Of a stretch of DNA of 32,000 nucleotides, positions 8,206-16,189 are shown in pieces (position 1 is the first letter of the stretch; each line of letters begins with the position of its first letter). The position numbers and the translations under genes are program-made. The notes beneath the pieces are model-generated. The model was not told the DNA's origin. It was given only the letters and a program-made list of their open reading frames with translations, and did not search any database. Source of the stretch: Ignicoccus pacificus DSM 13166 (GTDB taxonomy: Archaea > Thermoproteota > Thermoprotei_A > Sulfolobales > Ignicoccaceae); contig CP006868.1 in the NCBI GenBank assembly GCA_025340205.1, positions 990,001 through 1,022,000 on the forward strand, read 5' to 3'.

Positions 8206-9558
8206 GTGAGCATAGTGGCGAAGATAGAGGAACTTCCCAAGGTACAGAGGGAGACCAGAGTAGGATTTCACACCCACATCAAGGGTTTGGGCTTAGATGA
8301 GAAGGGTAAGGCGAAGAAGGTGGCTGACGGATTAGTGGGCCAGGAGGAGGCGAGAGAGGCGCTCGGCATAGTTGCAAACATGATCAAGGAGGGAAGGATG
8401 GCGGGGAGGGGACTCCTAATAGTAGGTCCTCCCGGAACGGGCAAGACTGCTCTGGCCATAGCTTTAGCTAAGGAGCTTGGCGAAGACACTCCCTTCGTTG
8501 CCGTAGGCGGTTCTGAGATCATGGGCAGTCCTAGGAAGAGCGAGGTGCTGATGCAAGCGATGAGGAGAGCAATAGGAGTGAGGATAAAGGAGAAGAGGAG
8601 GGTATATGAGGGAGCTGTTAAGGAGTTAAGGTTCAGGATGGTGAGACATCCTTACAATCCCTATGTAAAGGTGCCCAGAGAGGCCATAATAACCCTAGAG
8701 ACCGCTGAAGATGAGCAAACCTTAACCGTCGACGAGGACATAGCTTACCAGCTGTTACAACTTGGAGTGAGGAAGGGAGACGTAATAGCGATAGACGCAG
8801 ACACCGGAAGGGTGTACAGGATAGGGAGGGTGAAGAAGGAGAAGAAGGGTGGAATAACGCTAATCAAAGAGATAAACCTTCCGGAGGGACCAGTCCTTAA
8901 GGAGAAGGAAGTGGTCCACACCCTAACGCTCCACGACCTAGATACCTACTACGCTGCCCAGCAAGCACCTCTAAGCCTGCTAGCCGGCTTCGGTCCGGAG
9001 AGCGTCACCGACGAGGCTAGGAAGCAAGTTGACAAGACCGTCAGCGAGTGGCTGAAGGAAGGAAAGGCAGAGCTCGTCCCGGGAGTCCTCTTCATCGACG
9101 ACGCCCATCTGTTGGACCTAGAGGCCTTCAGCTTCCTCTCCAGAGCTATGGAGAAGGAGTTCGCTCCGATAATAGTGCTAGCCACCAACAGAGGAAAGGC
9201 GAAGATAAGGGGTACCGACGAGGAGGCACCCCACGGAATACCTCTCGACATGTTAGACAGATTGCTAATAATAAAGACAAGACCGTATACCAGAGATGAA
9301 ATAGAGGAGATAGTAAAGATAAGGGCTAAGGAAGAAGGTGTAAAGCTAACAGAGGAGGCCGTGAAGAAGCTAGGAGAGATAGGAGAGCAGAGGAGCTTGA
9401 GGTATGCAATACACCTAATGCAGCCCGCTAAGGTCATAGCTGAGAGGGAGGGAAGAGAGGAGGTGGAGGCTAAGGATGTGGAGGAGGCGGAGAAGAAGTT
9501 CGTGGACGTGAAGGACAGCGTTAAGTACGTTGAGGAATTTAAGGATAAGTTCCTCTAA
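8206..9558 (+). CDS. TIP49 / RuvB-like AAA+ ATPase (RuvBL1/2, pontin/reptin homologue)
   Basis: The N-terminus HTHIKGLGLDEKG...GLVGQEEAREALG matches the RuvBL signature. Walker A is GPPGTGKT (aa 74-81) and Walker B is VLFIDDAHLLD (about aa 295-304). They are separated by about 215 aa, as expected for the RuvBL domain II insertion. NRG and sensor regions follow. Confidence 0.85.
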   Translation: MSIVAKIEELPKVQRETRVGFHTHIKGLGLDEKGKAKKVADGLVGQEEAREALGIVANMIKEGRMAGRGLLIVGPPGTGKTALAIALAKELGEDTPFVAVGGSEIMGSPRKSEVLMQAMRRAIGVRIKEKRRVYEGAVKELRFRMVRHPYNPYVKVPREAIITLETAEDEQTLTVDEDIAYQLLQLGVRKGDVIAIDADTGRVYRIGRVKKEKKGGITLIKEINLPEGPVLKEKEVVHTLTLHDLDTYYAAQQAPLSLLAGFGPESVTDEARKQVDKTVSEWLKEGKAELVPGVLFIDDAHLLDLEAFSFLSRAMEKEFAPIIVLATNRGKAKIRGTDEEAPHGIPLDMLDRLLIIKTRPYTRDEIEEIVKIRAKEEGVKLTEEAVKKLGEIGEQRSLRYAIHLMQPAKVIAEREGREEVEAKDVEEAEKKFVDVKDSVKYVEEFKDKFL

Positions 9559-9983
9559 TCGATTATTCCGATAAAACACTCCTCCTCATCGCAGTAGATC
9601 ACAGTCTTGTAAGAGCACCTCCCGAGGAACAGCGCCTTACAAGAGTCATTGTTCACCTTGCGGTCCACCAATTTGTAACCCATCTCATTCAACTTCCTCC
9701 TTATAGCGTCTCTACGGTCGGTTATACCTCCCGAGTTCTTCAAGTAATCTAGTAGTTCGTGTACGTCCTCGCTGCTTTCCAAACATAGCTCTATCTCGTT
9801 GCATTCCGGAGTCTTGCACATGACCCAAGCGGCCTCAGAGCAGCTCCTCACCTTACCTTTACTCAAGCTCTCTAGCAAGCACTTGCCGGCTATCTGAGAG
9901 AAGTAGATGCAGTCCTCGCAAGAGGAGGCGACGAGAGGGGTGTTGAAGGACGAGGGAATAGATTCATCGACGCTCCCGGACAC
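9555..9983 (-). CDS. Cys-rich hypothetical protein (142 aa)
   Basis: GTG start and 11 cysteines (CEDC..C..C..C..C..C in the N-terminal half; C..C..C..C in the C-terminal 30 aa). Its stop region overlaps the TIP49 stop by 4 nt, convergently. No family recognised. Confidence 0.5.
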   Translation of the reverse strand: MSGSVDESIPSSFNTPLVASSCEDCIYFSQIAGKCLLESLSKGKVRSCSEAAWVMCKTPECNEIELCLESSEDVHELLDYLKNSGGITDRRDAIRRKLNEMGYKLVDRKVNNDSCKALFLGRCSYKTVIYCDEEECFIGIID

Positions 9984-10120
9984 TTCCGACCCCTTTTGTG
10001 TTCTCTCAGAGAGACATTAAATTCTTTGAGTAAGATAAGAGACGACTGGGAACGATATATTTATAGAGTATTTTTGAAAGTGAACGAAACTGCGGAACGT
10101 TGAGGGGCCTAAACGTGGTG

Positions 10121-10132
10121 TAAAATTTATTA
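10121..10132 (+). promoter_or_regulatory. TATA box of tRNA-Asn
   Basis: TAAAATTTATTA is centred about 31 nt upstream of tRNA position 1. Confidence 0.5.
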
Positions 10133-10157
10133 GGTAACTGTAGAGCCCATCCATGGT

Positions 10158-10233
10158 GCCGGGGTAGCTCAGCTGGTAGAGCGCCGGGCTGTTAACCCGG
10201 TGGCCGGAGGTTCGAGTCCTCCCCCCGGCGCCA
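10158..10233 (+). tRNA. tRNA-Asn (anticodon GTT), CCA encoded, no intron
   Basis: Acceptor stem GCCGGGG/CCCCGGC, D-arm TAGCTCAGCTGGTAGAGC, anticodon arm CCGGG-CTGTTAA-CCCGG, T-arm GGAGG-TTCGAGT-CCTCC, discriminator G, then CCA. Confidence 0.93.
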
Positions 10234-10248
10234 TCCCTATCCTAAACT

Positions 10249-10310
10249 TTGGGGATGAGCAAGTCGCACGTCTCAGAGAGGTGAAGAGCCTCCACCGGCG
10301 GTGACCCCAA
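10249..10310 (+). ncRNA. Box C/D-like (K-turn) sRNA candidate immediately 3' of tRNA-Asn
   Basis: AUGAGCA (10255-10261), 12 nt, CAGA (10274-10277), GAG, GUGAAGA (10281-10287), 13 nt, GUGA (10301-10304). It is flanked by TTGGG and CCC(C)AA. Confidence 0.35.
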
Positions 10311-10361
10311 GGGTCAATGAAGTGAAGCTTCGGGAGTGTATGTTCACAGACTTCACCTCTT

Positions 10362-10371
10362 CGTTTAAATT
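10362..10371 (+). promoter_or_regulatory. TATA-like box (CGTTTAAATT) for the Roadblock/LC7 gene
   Basis: It lies about 40 nt upstream of the GTG at 10407. The same CGTTTAAA octamer precedes the next gene. Confidence 0.4.
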
Positions 10372-10406
10372 CCCTCAAAGGCTTACAAATAGCTGGGTAG
10401 GATAGC

Positions 10407-10778
10407 GTGAGCGTCGAATCTCCACTTCGGAGGATTCTCAATGAAATGGTAAGAGTAGAGGGCGTAAACGCAGCTCTGGTCATATCAAAGGACGGCTTCG
10501 CCATAGACTTCGTGGTCTCCGGAGGAGCTGAGATAGATCCCGAGAGCATCGCAGCGATGTTAGTAACGATTCATGGAGCCGTGAAGAGGTTCGGAGAGGA
10601 GTTCAACCTAGGAAAGGTTGAGCTGGTGACTGCAGAGTATGAGAAGGGTAAGGTGCTGCTAGCTGACATAGAGGATGCCATTGTTGTACTGATTACCGAG
10701 AAGGACGCGTTGCTAGGAAGGGTAAGGTTCGAGCTAAAGAGGCAGAAGGACAGGATTCAAGCGGCCTTGGGAACCTAA
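10407..10778 (+). CDS. Roadblock/LC7 (MglB-like) domain protein
   Basis: 123 aa. The segment L..L..V.GV.AALVISKDGFAID......D.ESIAAM...I......RFGEEF.LG....V..EYEKGKVLLADI.D.IVVLI is typical of Robl/LC7. Confidence 0.8.
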   Translation: MSVESPLRRILNEMVRVEGVNAALVISKDGFAIDFVVSGGAEIDPESIAAMLVTIHGAVKRFGEEFNLGKVELVTAEYEKGKVLLADIEDAIVVLITEKDALLGRVRFELKRQKDRIQAALGT

Positions 10779-10785
10779 CGGAGAA

Positions 10786-10795
10786 CGTTTAAAAC
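10786..10795 (+). promoter_or_regulatory. TATA-like box (CGTTTAAAAC) for the 77-aa gene
   Basis: It is centred about 35 nt upstream of the ATG at 10826. Confidence 0.4.
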
Positions 10796-10825
10796 ACAAC
10801 CCGAACTCTCGCCGCTCGATCTATC

Positions 10826-11059
10826 ATGAGTGAGGACGAGGTCCTATCTCTCGAGGAGGTGGAGGAGACGACTCAGAGGAGCAGTAGCTCGGGCAGCTCG
10901 GCGCTCCAAGTTCAAGCGATTAAGGTCACGCTTGAGCTCTCCGAGCTTTGGGAGGAGTTGGTAGAGGGTAAGATCAGTTTGGAGGAGTTCAAGGAACTGA
11001 AGGAACAGTTACAGAGCGGTCTAGAGGAGACCAAAAAGAGGAGAAGAAGGCGCCAATGA
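10826..11059 (+). CDS. Small acidic protein with a helical ELWEELVEGKISLEEFKEL core and an Arg-rich tail; possibly Rpo13-like or SHOCT-like
   Basis: 77 aa with its own promoter. The layout is an acidic/Ser-rich N-terminus, a short helical core, then a KKRRRRRQ tail. Confidence 0.55.
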   Translation: MSEDEVLSLEEVEETTQRSSSSGSSALQVQAIKVTLELSELWEELVEGKISLEEFKELKEQLQSGLEETKKRRRRRQ

Positions 11060-11098
11060 AGATGGGTGCAATCGCCGACTGATGAGGAGGATGGAACC

Positions 11099-12979
11099 TC
11101 AGAGGCCTATCAGTTCGTCCACTCTTTGTTTGAACTCCTTCCACCAAGCTATACCCTCTCCTCTCCTGAACTTTTCTGCCCACTCACTTCCCATGTTTTC
11201 TGCCATAGTTGCTACTAAGTCATAGGTCTTTTTGGTCTCCCAAGGTACAGGTTCAGCTCCAGCCTTCTTGTTGTAGATCGCTATTTCCTTGTATATCGAT
11301 CTAGCGTATTCCTCGTCCACCGGACTTTCGTAGACCTCCTCGTACATCTTGGGGAGGAGCTTCTCAGCCCATCTCCTGTGGAATCTGCATATACCCGAAT
11401 TATCGATTAACAGCTCCTTTATCGCCCTTCTAAATGAGCTTTCGGCGAAGCTCTTGGGATCTGCAAAGGTGGGAGTGTAGTTGGTCCAGTACCTTCCCAA
11501 GACGTAGAGTGGGGCAACCATGCCAGGGGCCCAGTAGAGGTTGGGGGTAATGTATCCCTTCTCACCAAAGGCAACGTAAATCGCTAAGTCCTCAAACTTT
11601 AAACCAGCGCTCTTAACCCTCTTCTCGTACCTCTTATCGAACTCCTTTGCAGCCAACCTTATACCTTTATTTGCAATAGCGTCTATTATCTCACTTCCTC
11701 CTTTAATCAGCTGTTCCAGTATGGACTTCGCTATTTCATAGTTCTTCTCGCTGTCTTCCAAGGGATTGAACTTGGTAGGGTCTAAGTTCGGGATATCATT
11801 CACGTTTATCTCTTCTGGCTTAAGCAGTCCTCTCCTCAAGAGCTCGAAGACCCAAGATATTTCGTGACCGACCTCTATGGCATCCATTCCAGCCCTATCG
11901 ACTACCTCTATTAGCTCTCTTGCGAATTCGAGGTCGAATATCCCGAGCAAGGTGCCCAAGGCGTTGGCGGGCTCGTAATCTATCTTTGTGCCTCTCCAAA
12001 CCTTCTTGCAAGCTGCCGGACAAGGCTCGCCACAAGTGCCCCATTGCCTTCTAGCTATAGTCTCCTCTTGGAAGGGTTTCCAGAAGTACTTCAAAGCCAT
12101 GTTGGAAAGGGTTATCCTTACATCTTCGGGATAGTACATAGTGTTGAACGCTAACATAGGGATGAGGTCCCTATAGTGAACGTAGTTTACTCCAAAGGTC
12201 CCTCCAGTCCCTAACTTGGGATCATATCTGTACTTAGTTGTGGCCTCTAGTACGGCCCTCACGTAGGGCTTGTTCAAGAGTTCGTTTGCTAACCTCTCCG
12301 GCAGCTCGGGAGAAATTTCCGGAGGCTCGTAATTGCCTATGCCGTAGATCGCTAATACGCCGTGTGCTTGAGCCATGACGCTTCCGGGCCCCCCTCTCCC
12401 GAAGAGGTCTACTGACCAAGGGGTGGGGTGTCCGTGGGCTAGACCCAAGCTCACTAACGAGGCGGTAGGAGATCTCAGAGCGAAGGGACCTACCGCTATT
12501 CCCCTACCAGGACCATATGTATCGTATAAGTACCTGCTTATAGCGTAGGTTCCCCAAAGCATAGAATAATTGAACACCTCGGAAGGATCGACGTTAACTA
12601 TCTTGACGTCGTGAACGCCTTCAGTATCTCCTTCGATGACTATAACGGAAGGCTTTCCCTTACCCTTTAGGGCTATTAATGAGGTTCCAGAGCGAACGAA
12701 GTCGAAGCCAACCCCTCCAGCAGCCGAAACGTGGAGTCCGTAGGTCATGGGGCTTCTGAAGACGGCAGTCATTCTGTTGGTTCCGTAGAAGGGGGATCGA
12801 GCGAAGGGCCCGAGTCCTATGACTAGGAGGTTGTTCTCGAGAGGCTCTCCCTTGAAGGTTTCATACTTCTTGTGGAGCTTAACTCCTGCCTCAATTATAC
12901 CCTTCGCACTAATGTCTAGCTTTTCCCAGTTACCTTCGTCTAGGTCTATTAGGATAGGGTTCCACGGCCAGCTTCTCAA
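11099..12979 (-). CDS. Aldehyde:ferredoxin oxidoreductase (AOR) family tungstopterin enzyme
   Basis: 626 aa. It has an AOR-type N-terminus (W.W.PILIDL....W), GLGPFA, a Cys cluster region CGEPCPAACKK, and the conserved DNSGICRF (D..G.C.F). TTG start. Confidence 0.8.
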   Translation of the reverse strand: MRSWPWNPILIDLDEGNWEKLDISAKGIIEAGVKLHKKYETFKGEPLENNLLVIGLGPFARSPFYGTNRMTAVFRSPMTYGLHVSAAGGVGFDFVRSGTSLIALKGKGKPSVIVIEGDTEGVHDVKIVNVDPSEVFNYSMLWGTYAISRYLYDTYGPGRGIAVGPFALRSPTASLVSLGLAHGHPTPWSVDLFGRGGPGSVMAQAHGVLAIYGIGNYEPPEISPELPERLANELLNKPYVRAVLEATTKYRYDPKLGTGGTFGVNYVHYRDLIPMLAFNTMYYPEDVRITLSNMALKYFWKPFQEETIARRQWGTCGEPCPAACKKVWRGTKIDYEPANALGTLLGIFDLEFARELIEVVDRAGMDAIEVGHEISWVFELLRRGLLKPEEINVNDIPNLDPTKFNPLEDSEKNYEIAKSILEQLIKGGSEIIDAIANKGIRLAAKEFDKRYEKRVKSAGLKFEDLAIYVAFGEKGYITPNLYWAPGMVAPLYVLGRYWTNYTPTFADPKSFAESSFRRAIKELLIDNSGICRFHRRWAEKLLPKMYEEVYESPVDEEYARSIYKEIAIYNKKAGAEPVPWETKKTYDLVATMAENMGSEWAEKFRRGEGIAWWKEFKQRVDELIGL

Positions 12980-13039
12980 TGCGTTAACCCATGCTGTTAA
13001 TTTAGAAAAGCGGACTTAATGTTGAGGGGACGCAAGGGT

Positions 13040-15430
13040 TCATTGGATGTTGTGTAATGCGTAGAAGTCCTTCTGGAACCCTCCGAGGTCCGGGAGCTCT
13101 ACGCCGTTCTCCTTGAGCTCTTGGAGAGTTATCGGCTCCCTTAGCTTTCTCTTTAGTACCTCCTTCTTCACCTTCCATACAGCCGAGTTCAGTTCCATTA
13201 TCTTTCTCCCCATCTCCAATTCCTTCTCGAACTTCCACTCCTCCTTAGGCTTTGGCAACTCTTGTGCGTGTATACTCTCTTTCGAGTACAGCTGTCTCCA
13301 TATGTAATCAGTTATCGCTGGGGCTATCGGCGCTAGCATTAAGAGCACGTTCTTCAGCGATTGGTGTAAGGCGTACCAAGCGCCCTTGGCCTCCTCCTCA
13401 TTGAACCTCTCATCCATTAGTCTCGCCCTCTTCTTGCTGAGCTCGATGTAGTGAGAGGCTAACTTGTCCCAGACGAAGTGGTATATCTCCTCGGCGGCTT
13501 GATGGAAATCCATTTCCTCATAGGCTTTTCTTACCTTCTCTATGGTCTCATTGAGCTCGGCCAAGATCCACTTGTCGGAATCGCTGAGATCGGCTTCCTC
13601 AACGATCGGGAAGGCACTTATGTATCTAGCGACGTTCAGCAGCTTTGTTAAGAACTTGTGAGCACCTCTTATCTTGTTCTCTATAACCCTGTAGTTCTCT
13701 CCCGGCTTTACCTCTAGGGCTATCCAGAACCTCGTTGCATCCGCCCCGTACTTGTCCAATATCTCCTCGGGCTTTATCACGTTGCCGTATCTCTTACTCA
13801 TCTTCCTTCCTTTTTCGTCAAGGCCCATTCCATTGATGAACACCCAGTCGAATGCCCTCTTTTCGGTTAGCTGGTGAACCCTCAGCAAGGAGTAGTATAG
13901 CCAAGTCCTTATGATGTCGTATCCTTGAGGCCTTAGCTTGGTTCCCTTGAGGAAGGTCTCTTCCCAGAACCTCTGATCCCTCATGTACCTCGTTATGTAG
14001 AGCACTGTTACCGATGAGTCCATCCAAGTATCGAACACTCTGGTTTCTCCTTCCCATTCGTTGGCGCCACACTTGGGACACTTGTCGATGGGAGGGTTCT
14101 CCTTCCACGGCCTGTAGTACTTGCCGGGAGGAGGTACGTACTTGTAACCGCACTTCTTGCACGTCCATACGGGTATTTCAGTAGCATAGAATCTTCTTCT
14201 GGAGATGGGCCAGTCCATAGAGACCGAGTCTATCCATTGCAGTAGATTTACCTTGTACCTCTCCGGTTGCCACTTCATCTCGTTCGCGTACTTCCTAAGC
14301 ACGTCCTTGAACTCAAGTTGCTTTAAGTAATACTCTTTCATTGGAATTATTTCTATCTCAGTTTCGCATCTCTCGTGTACGGGGACCTTGTGAACGATAT
14401 TTTCAACTTTGACAACAAGACCTTGTTCCTTTAATATTTCTATTATCTTCTTCTTGGCTTCCTTCACCTTTAATCCAGCTATCGGTCCGGCACATTCCGT
14501 CATCCTCCCGTTTTCGTCTATTGCCTTAATCGGCTTGAGCCTCAGCTCTCTGAAGAGTTGCACGTCCCTCCAGTCTCCGAAGGAACAGACCATCATGGCT
14601 CCGGTACCGAAGTTGGGATCCGCGAGCTTGTGAGGGATTATCGGAACCTCCCTATTGTAGAGAGGTATTATAGCATGTTTTCCATGGAGGTGTTTATATC
14701 TTTCGTCTTCTGGATGGACTATCACGGCTTGACAAGCGCAGAGTAGTTCCGGCCTCGTCGTTGCTATTATTAAGTCCTCCCCGGTTTCCTTCACCTTGAA
14801 CTTAATGTAGGCTAGGATGCCAGGCCTTTCCTTGTACTCGACCTCAGCATCTGCTATTGTGGTCCTACACTTGGGACACCAGTTGTTGGGCCTTTCCGCC
14901 TCATAGACTAATCCCTTCTTCCAAGCCTCTATAAAGGTAGCTTGGGTGAAGGCCCTGTACTCCGGGGAATCGGTAAGGTAAGGATGATCTATGTCTGCAG
15001 CTATGAGTAGCCTTTTGAGAACCTTCTTCATGTTCTCTACGAACTCGTCTAGCGCCTTTCTGCAGGCTTCCAAGAACTTCTCCCTATCGGTCTTCCAAGG
15101 AGTCAAACCCAGGTACTTCTCCACGTAAAGCTCTATGGGAAGTCCGTTTCTATCGAAGCCTATGGGATAAAGAACTTCATAGCCCAACATTCTCATCGCT
15201 CTTGCTATCATGTCGTGCAAGGAATAGCTCACCGCGGCTCCTATGTGCCATAGAGGAGCTGGGTATGGCGGAGGGGTATCTATTACGAACTTAGGCTTTG
15301 GAGAGTCTACGTTGAACCTCCACCAGTCCTCCTTCTCCCACCAGCTCCTTACCTCATCCTCTATCTTGAAGTCCCACCTCTTCAGTTCTATCTTAGGGTT
15401 GAAGTCCAATGGTCTGGTCCCCGCTATCAC
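13040..15430 (-). CDS. valS: Valyl-tRNA synthetase
   Basis: 796 aa. Motifs: PPPYP...WHIGA (HIGH-like), CPKCRTTIADAEVEY, the CP1 editing motifs TTRPEL and GTGAMMVCSFGD, DWPISRRR, and KMSKR (KMSKS-like). GTG start. Confidence 0.85.
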   Translation of the reverse strand: MIAGTRPLDFNPKIELKRWDFKIEDEVRSWWEKEDWWRFNVDSPKPKFVIDTPPPYPAPLWHIGAAVSYSLHDMIARAMRMLGYEVLYPIGFDRNGLPIELYVEKYLGLTPWKTDREKFLEACRKALDEFVENMKKVLKRLLIAADIDHPYLTDSPEYRAFTQATFIEAWKKGLVYEAERPNNWCPKCRTTIADAEVEYKERPGILAYIKFKVKETGEDLIIATTRPELLCACQAVIVHPEDERYKHLHGKHAIIPLYNREVPIIPHKLADPNFGTGAMMVCSFGDWRDVQLFRELRLKPIKAIDENGRMTECAGPIAGLKVKEAKKKIIEILKEQGLVVKVENIVHKVPVHERCETEIEIIPMKEYYLKQLEFKDVLRKYANEMKWQPERYKVNLLQWIDSVSMDWPISRRRFYATEIPVWTCKKCGYKYVPPPGKYYRPWKENPPIDKCPKCGANEWEGETRVFDTWMDSSVTVLYITRYMRDQRFWEETFLKGTKLRPQGYDIIRTWLYYSLLRVHQLTEKRAFDWVFINGMGLDEKGRKMSKRYGNVIKPEEILDKYGADATRFWIALEVKPGENYRVIENKIRGAHKFLTKLLNVARYISAFPIVEEADLSDSDKWILAELNETIEKVRKAYEEMDFHQAAEEIYHFVWDKLASHYIELSKKRARLMDERFNEEEAKGAWYALHQSLKNVLLMLAPIAPAITDYIWRQLYSKESIHAQELPKPKEEWKFEKELEMGRKIMELNSAVWKVKKEVLKRKLREPITLQELKENGVELPDLGGFQKDFYALHNIQ

Positions 15431-15445
15431 GGGGCCGGATGGCTT

Positions 15446-16093
15446 TTAGAAGGTCAAGGAGACAGTAACTATGAGATCCTTTAGGAGATCGAGATCCTTG
15501 TTTCTCTTGGCTACAGCAGCTAGCGCTAACGCGAAGAGGGACTTTATTGCAACTTCCGGATAGACTTCGCTTAATGCATTAACTAACGATTTGTAACATA
15601 TTTTGTGAGTTACCACGCTTTCCTTTATGGTTTTGAACAACTCATCGTAAAGAGGAAGTAAGGATTCGTCGAACGGCTTTGAGAGATCAAACCTCTTGGC
15701 CAACGCCTTGAGTATCGGTTCGAACGAGGATATGAGCGTAGCGAACAGCTTCCTCCTTTCCATTTCACCTTTTTGAGAAAGCGAGTACTTATTAGGAGAA
15801 ATCTCATGAATGAGACCGCTCTTAATCAAACCTCTTAGCGACCTAATCAAAGAGCTTCTGGACATCGGAATGGGGAACACACCCTCGGAACAACCGTCCG
15901 CTATCTTGAGGAGCTCATCGAGATTCTTGGGAGTCCCTAGCTCTATCAATAGGATATTCTTTGGCACATTACCAGCCTCTTTGGTTCTAATACTCGAAAG
16001 GGATATATAATAAAGGCCTTGACTTTGTAGCAGAAAGTTCCCCTGAATTTTAGGAGAAAATAAGGTATGTAGGACAAAGTCAAGTACATTCAA
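15446..16093 (-). CDS. Winged-helix DNA-binding protein with a helical C-terminal domain (hypothetical)
   Basis: The wHTH-like segment is LDELLKIADG......MSRSSLIRSLRGLIKSGLIHEISPNKYSLSQKG. The TTG start is uncertain. The region is A/T-richer than its neighbours. Confidence 0.5.
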   Translation of the reverse strand: MNVLDFVLHTLFSPKIQGNFLLQSQGLYYISLSSIRTKEAGNVPKNILLIELGTPKNLDELLKIADGCSEGVFPIPMSRSSLIRSLRGLIKSGLIHEISPNKYSLSQKGEMERRKLFATLISSFEPILKALAKRFDLSKPFDESLLPLYDELFKTIKESVVTHKICYKSLVNALSEVYPEVAIKSLFALALAAVAKRNKDLDLLKDLIVTVSLTF

Positions 16094-16189
16094 AGATCGT
16101 TGATTCCGTCAAGGTATTCGACGTCAAATATGACTGAACAGAGGATAGAATTAATTGACTGTTTAGTTAAAGGCGTTAACCAAATCGCT

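Noticed and set aside
8949-9437. Long antisense ORFs inside real genes. This one is 162 aa; others are 5509-6000, 6327-7038, 20099-20524, 2804-3157, 27620-27937, 3436-3714 and 8268-8522.
   Set aside because: Their S/L/F/T/P-rich translations are typical of the reverse complement of K/E-rich coding sequence. Each lies fully within a gene that has strong family motifs.
9937-9996. Third copy of the 10-mer CCGACCCCTT, with GGGG and UUGAAGG about 40 nt upstream
   Set aside because: It has no recognisable D'/C' boxes and no upstream TATA, and it lies antisense over the 5' end of the Cys-rich ORF. On the minus strand the motif reads GGGGTCGG just upstream of that gene's GTG, so it may instead be an SD-like site. 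The recurrence of the 10-mer (4520, 9986, 17203) is still noted.
10158-10406. tRNA-Asn as an integration site for a mobile element
   Set aside because: I saw no duplicated tRNA 3' fragment downstream. The genes that follow (Roadblock, AOR, valS) are ordinary chromosomal genes, and no integrase is present.
10169-10549. 126-aa minus-strand ORF spanning the tRNA-Asn gene and the Roadblock 5' end
   Set aside because: It is antisense to a confident tRNA and to a confident CDS, and its composition is not protein-like.
11080-11086. CUGAUGA between the 77-aa gene and the AOR stop
   Set aside because: The spacer is only 39 nt. The downstream sequence runs into the AOR coding region without D or D' boxes at the correct spacing.
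13002-13238. Alternate-frame ORFs within valS, AOR and the helicase (13002-13238, 13818-14168, 12234-12419, 28412-28645, 4901-5266, 9048-9299)
   Set aside because: These are Arg/Gly/Glu-rich off-frame translations of purine-rich genes. They are fully overlapped by motif-supported CDS.
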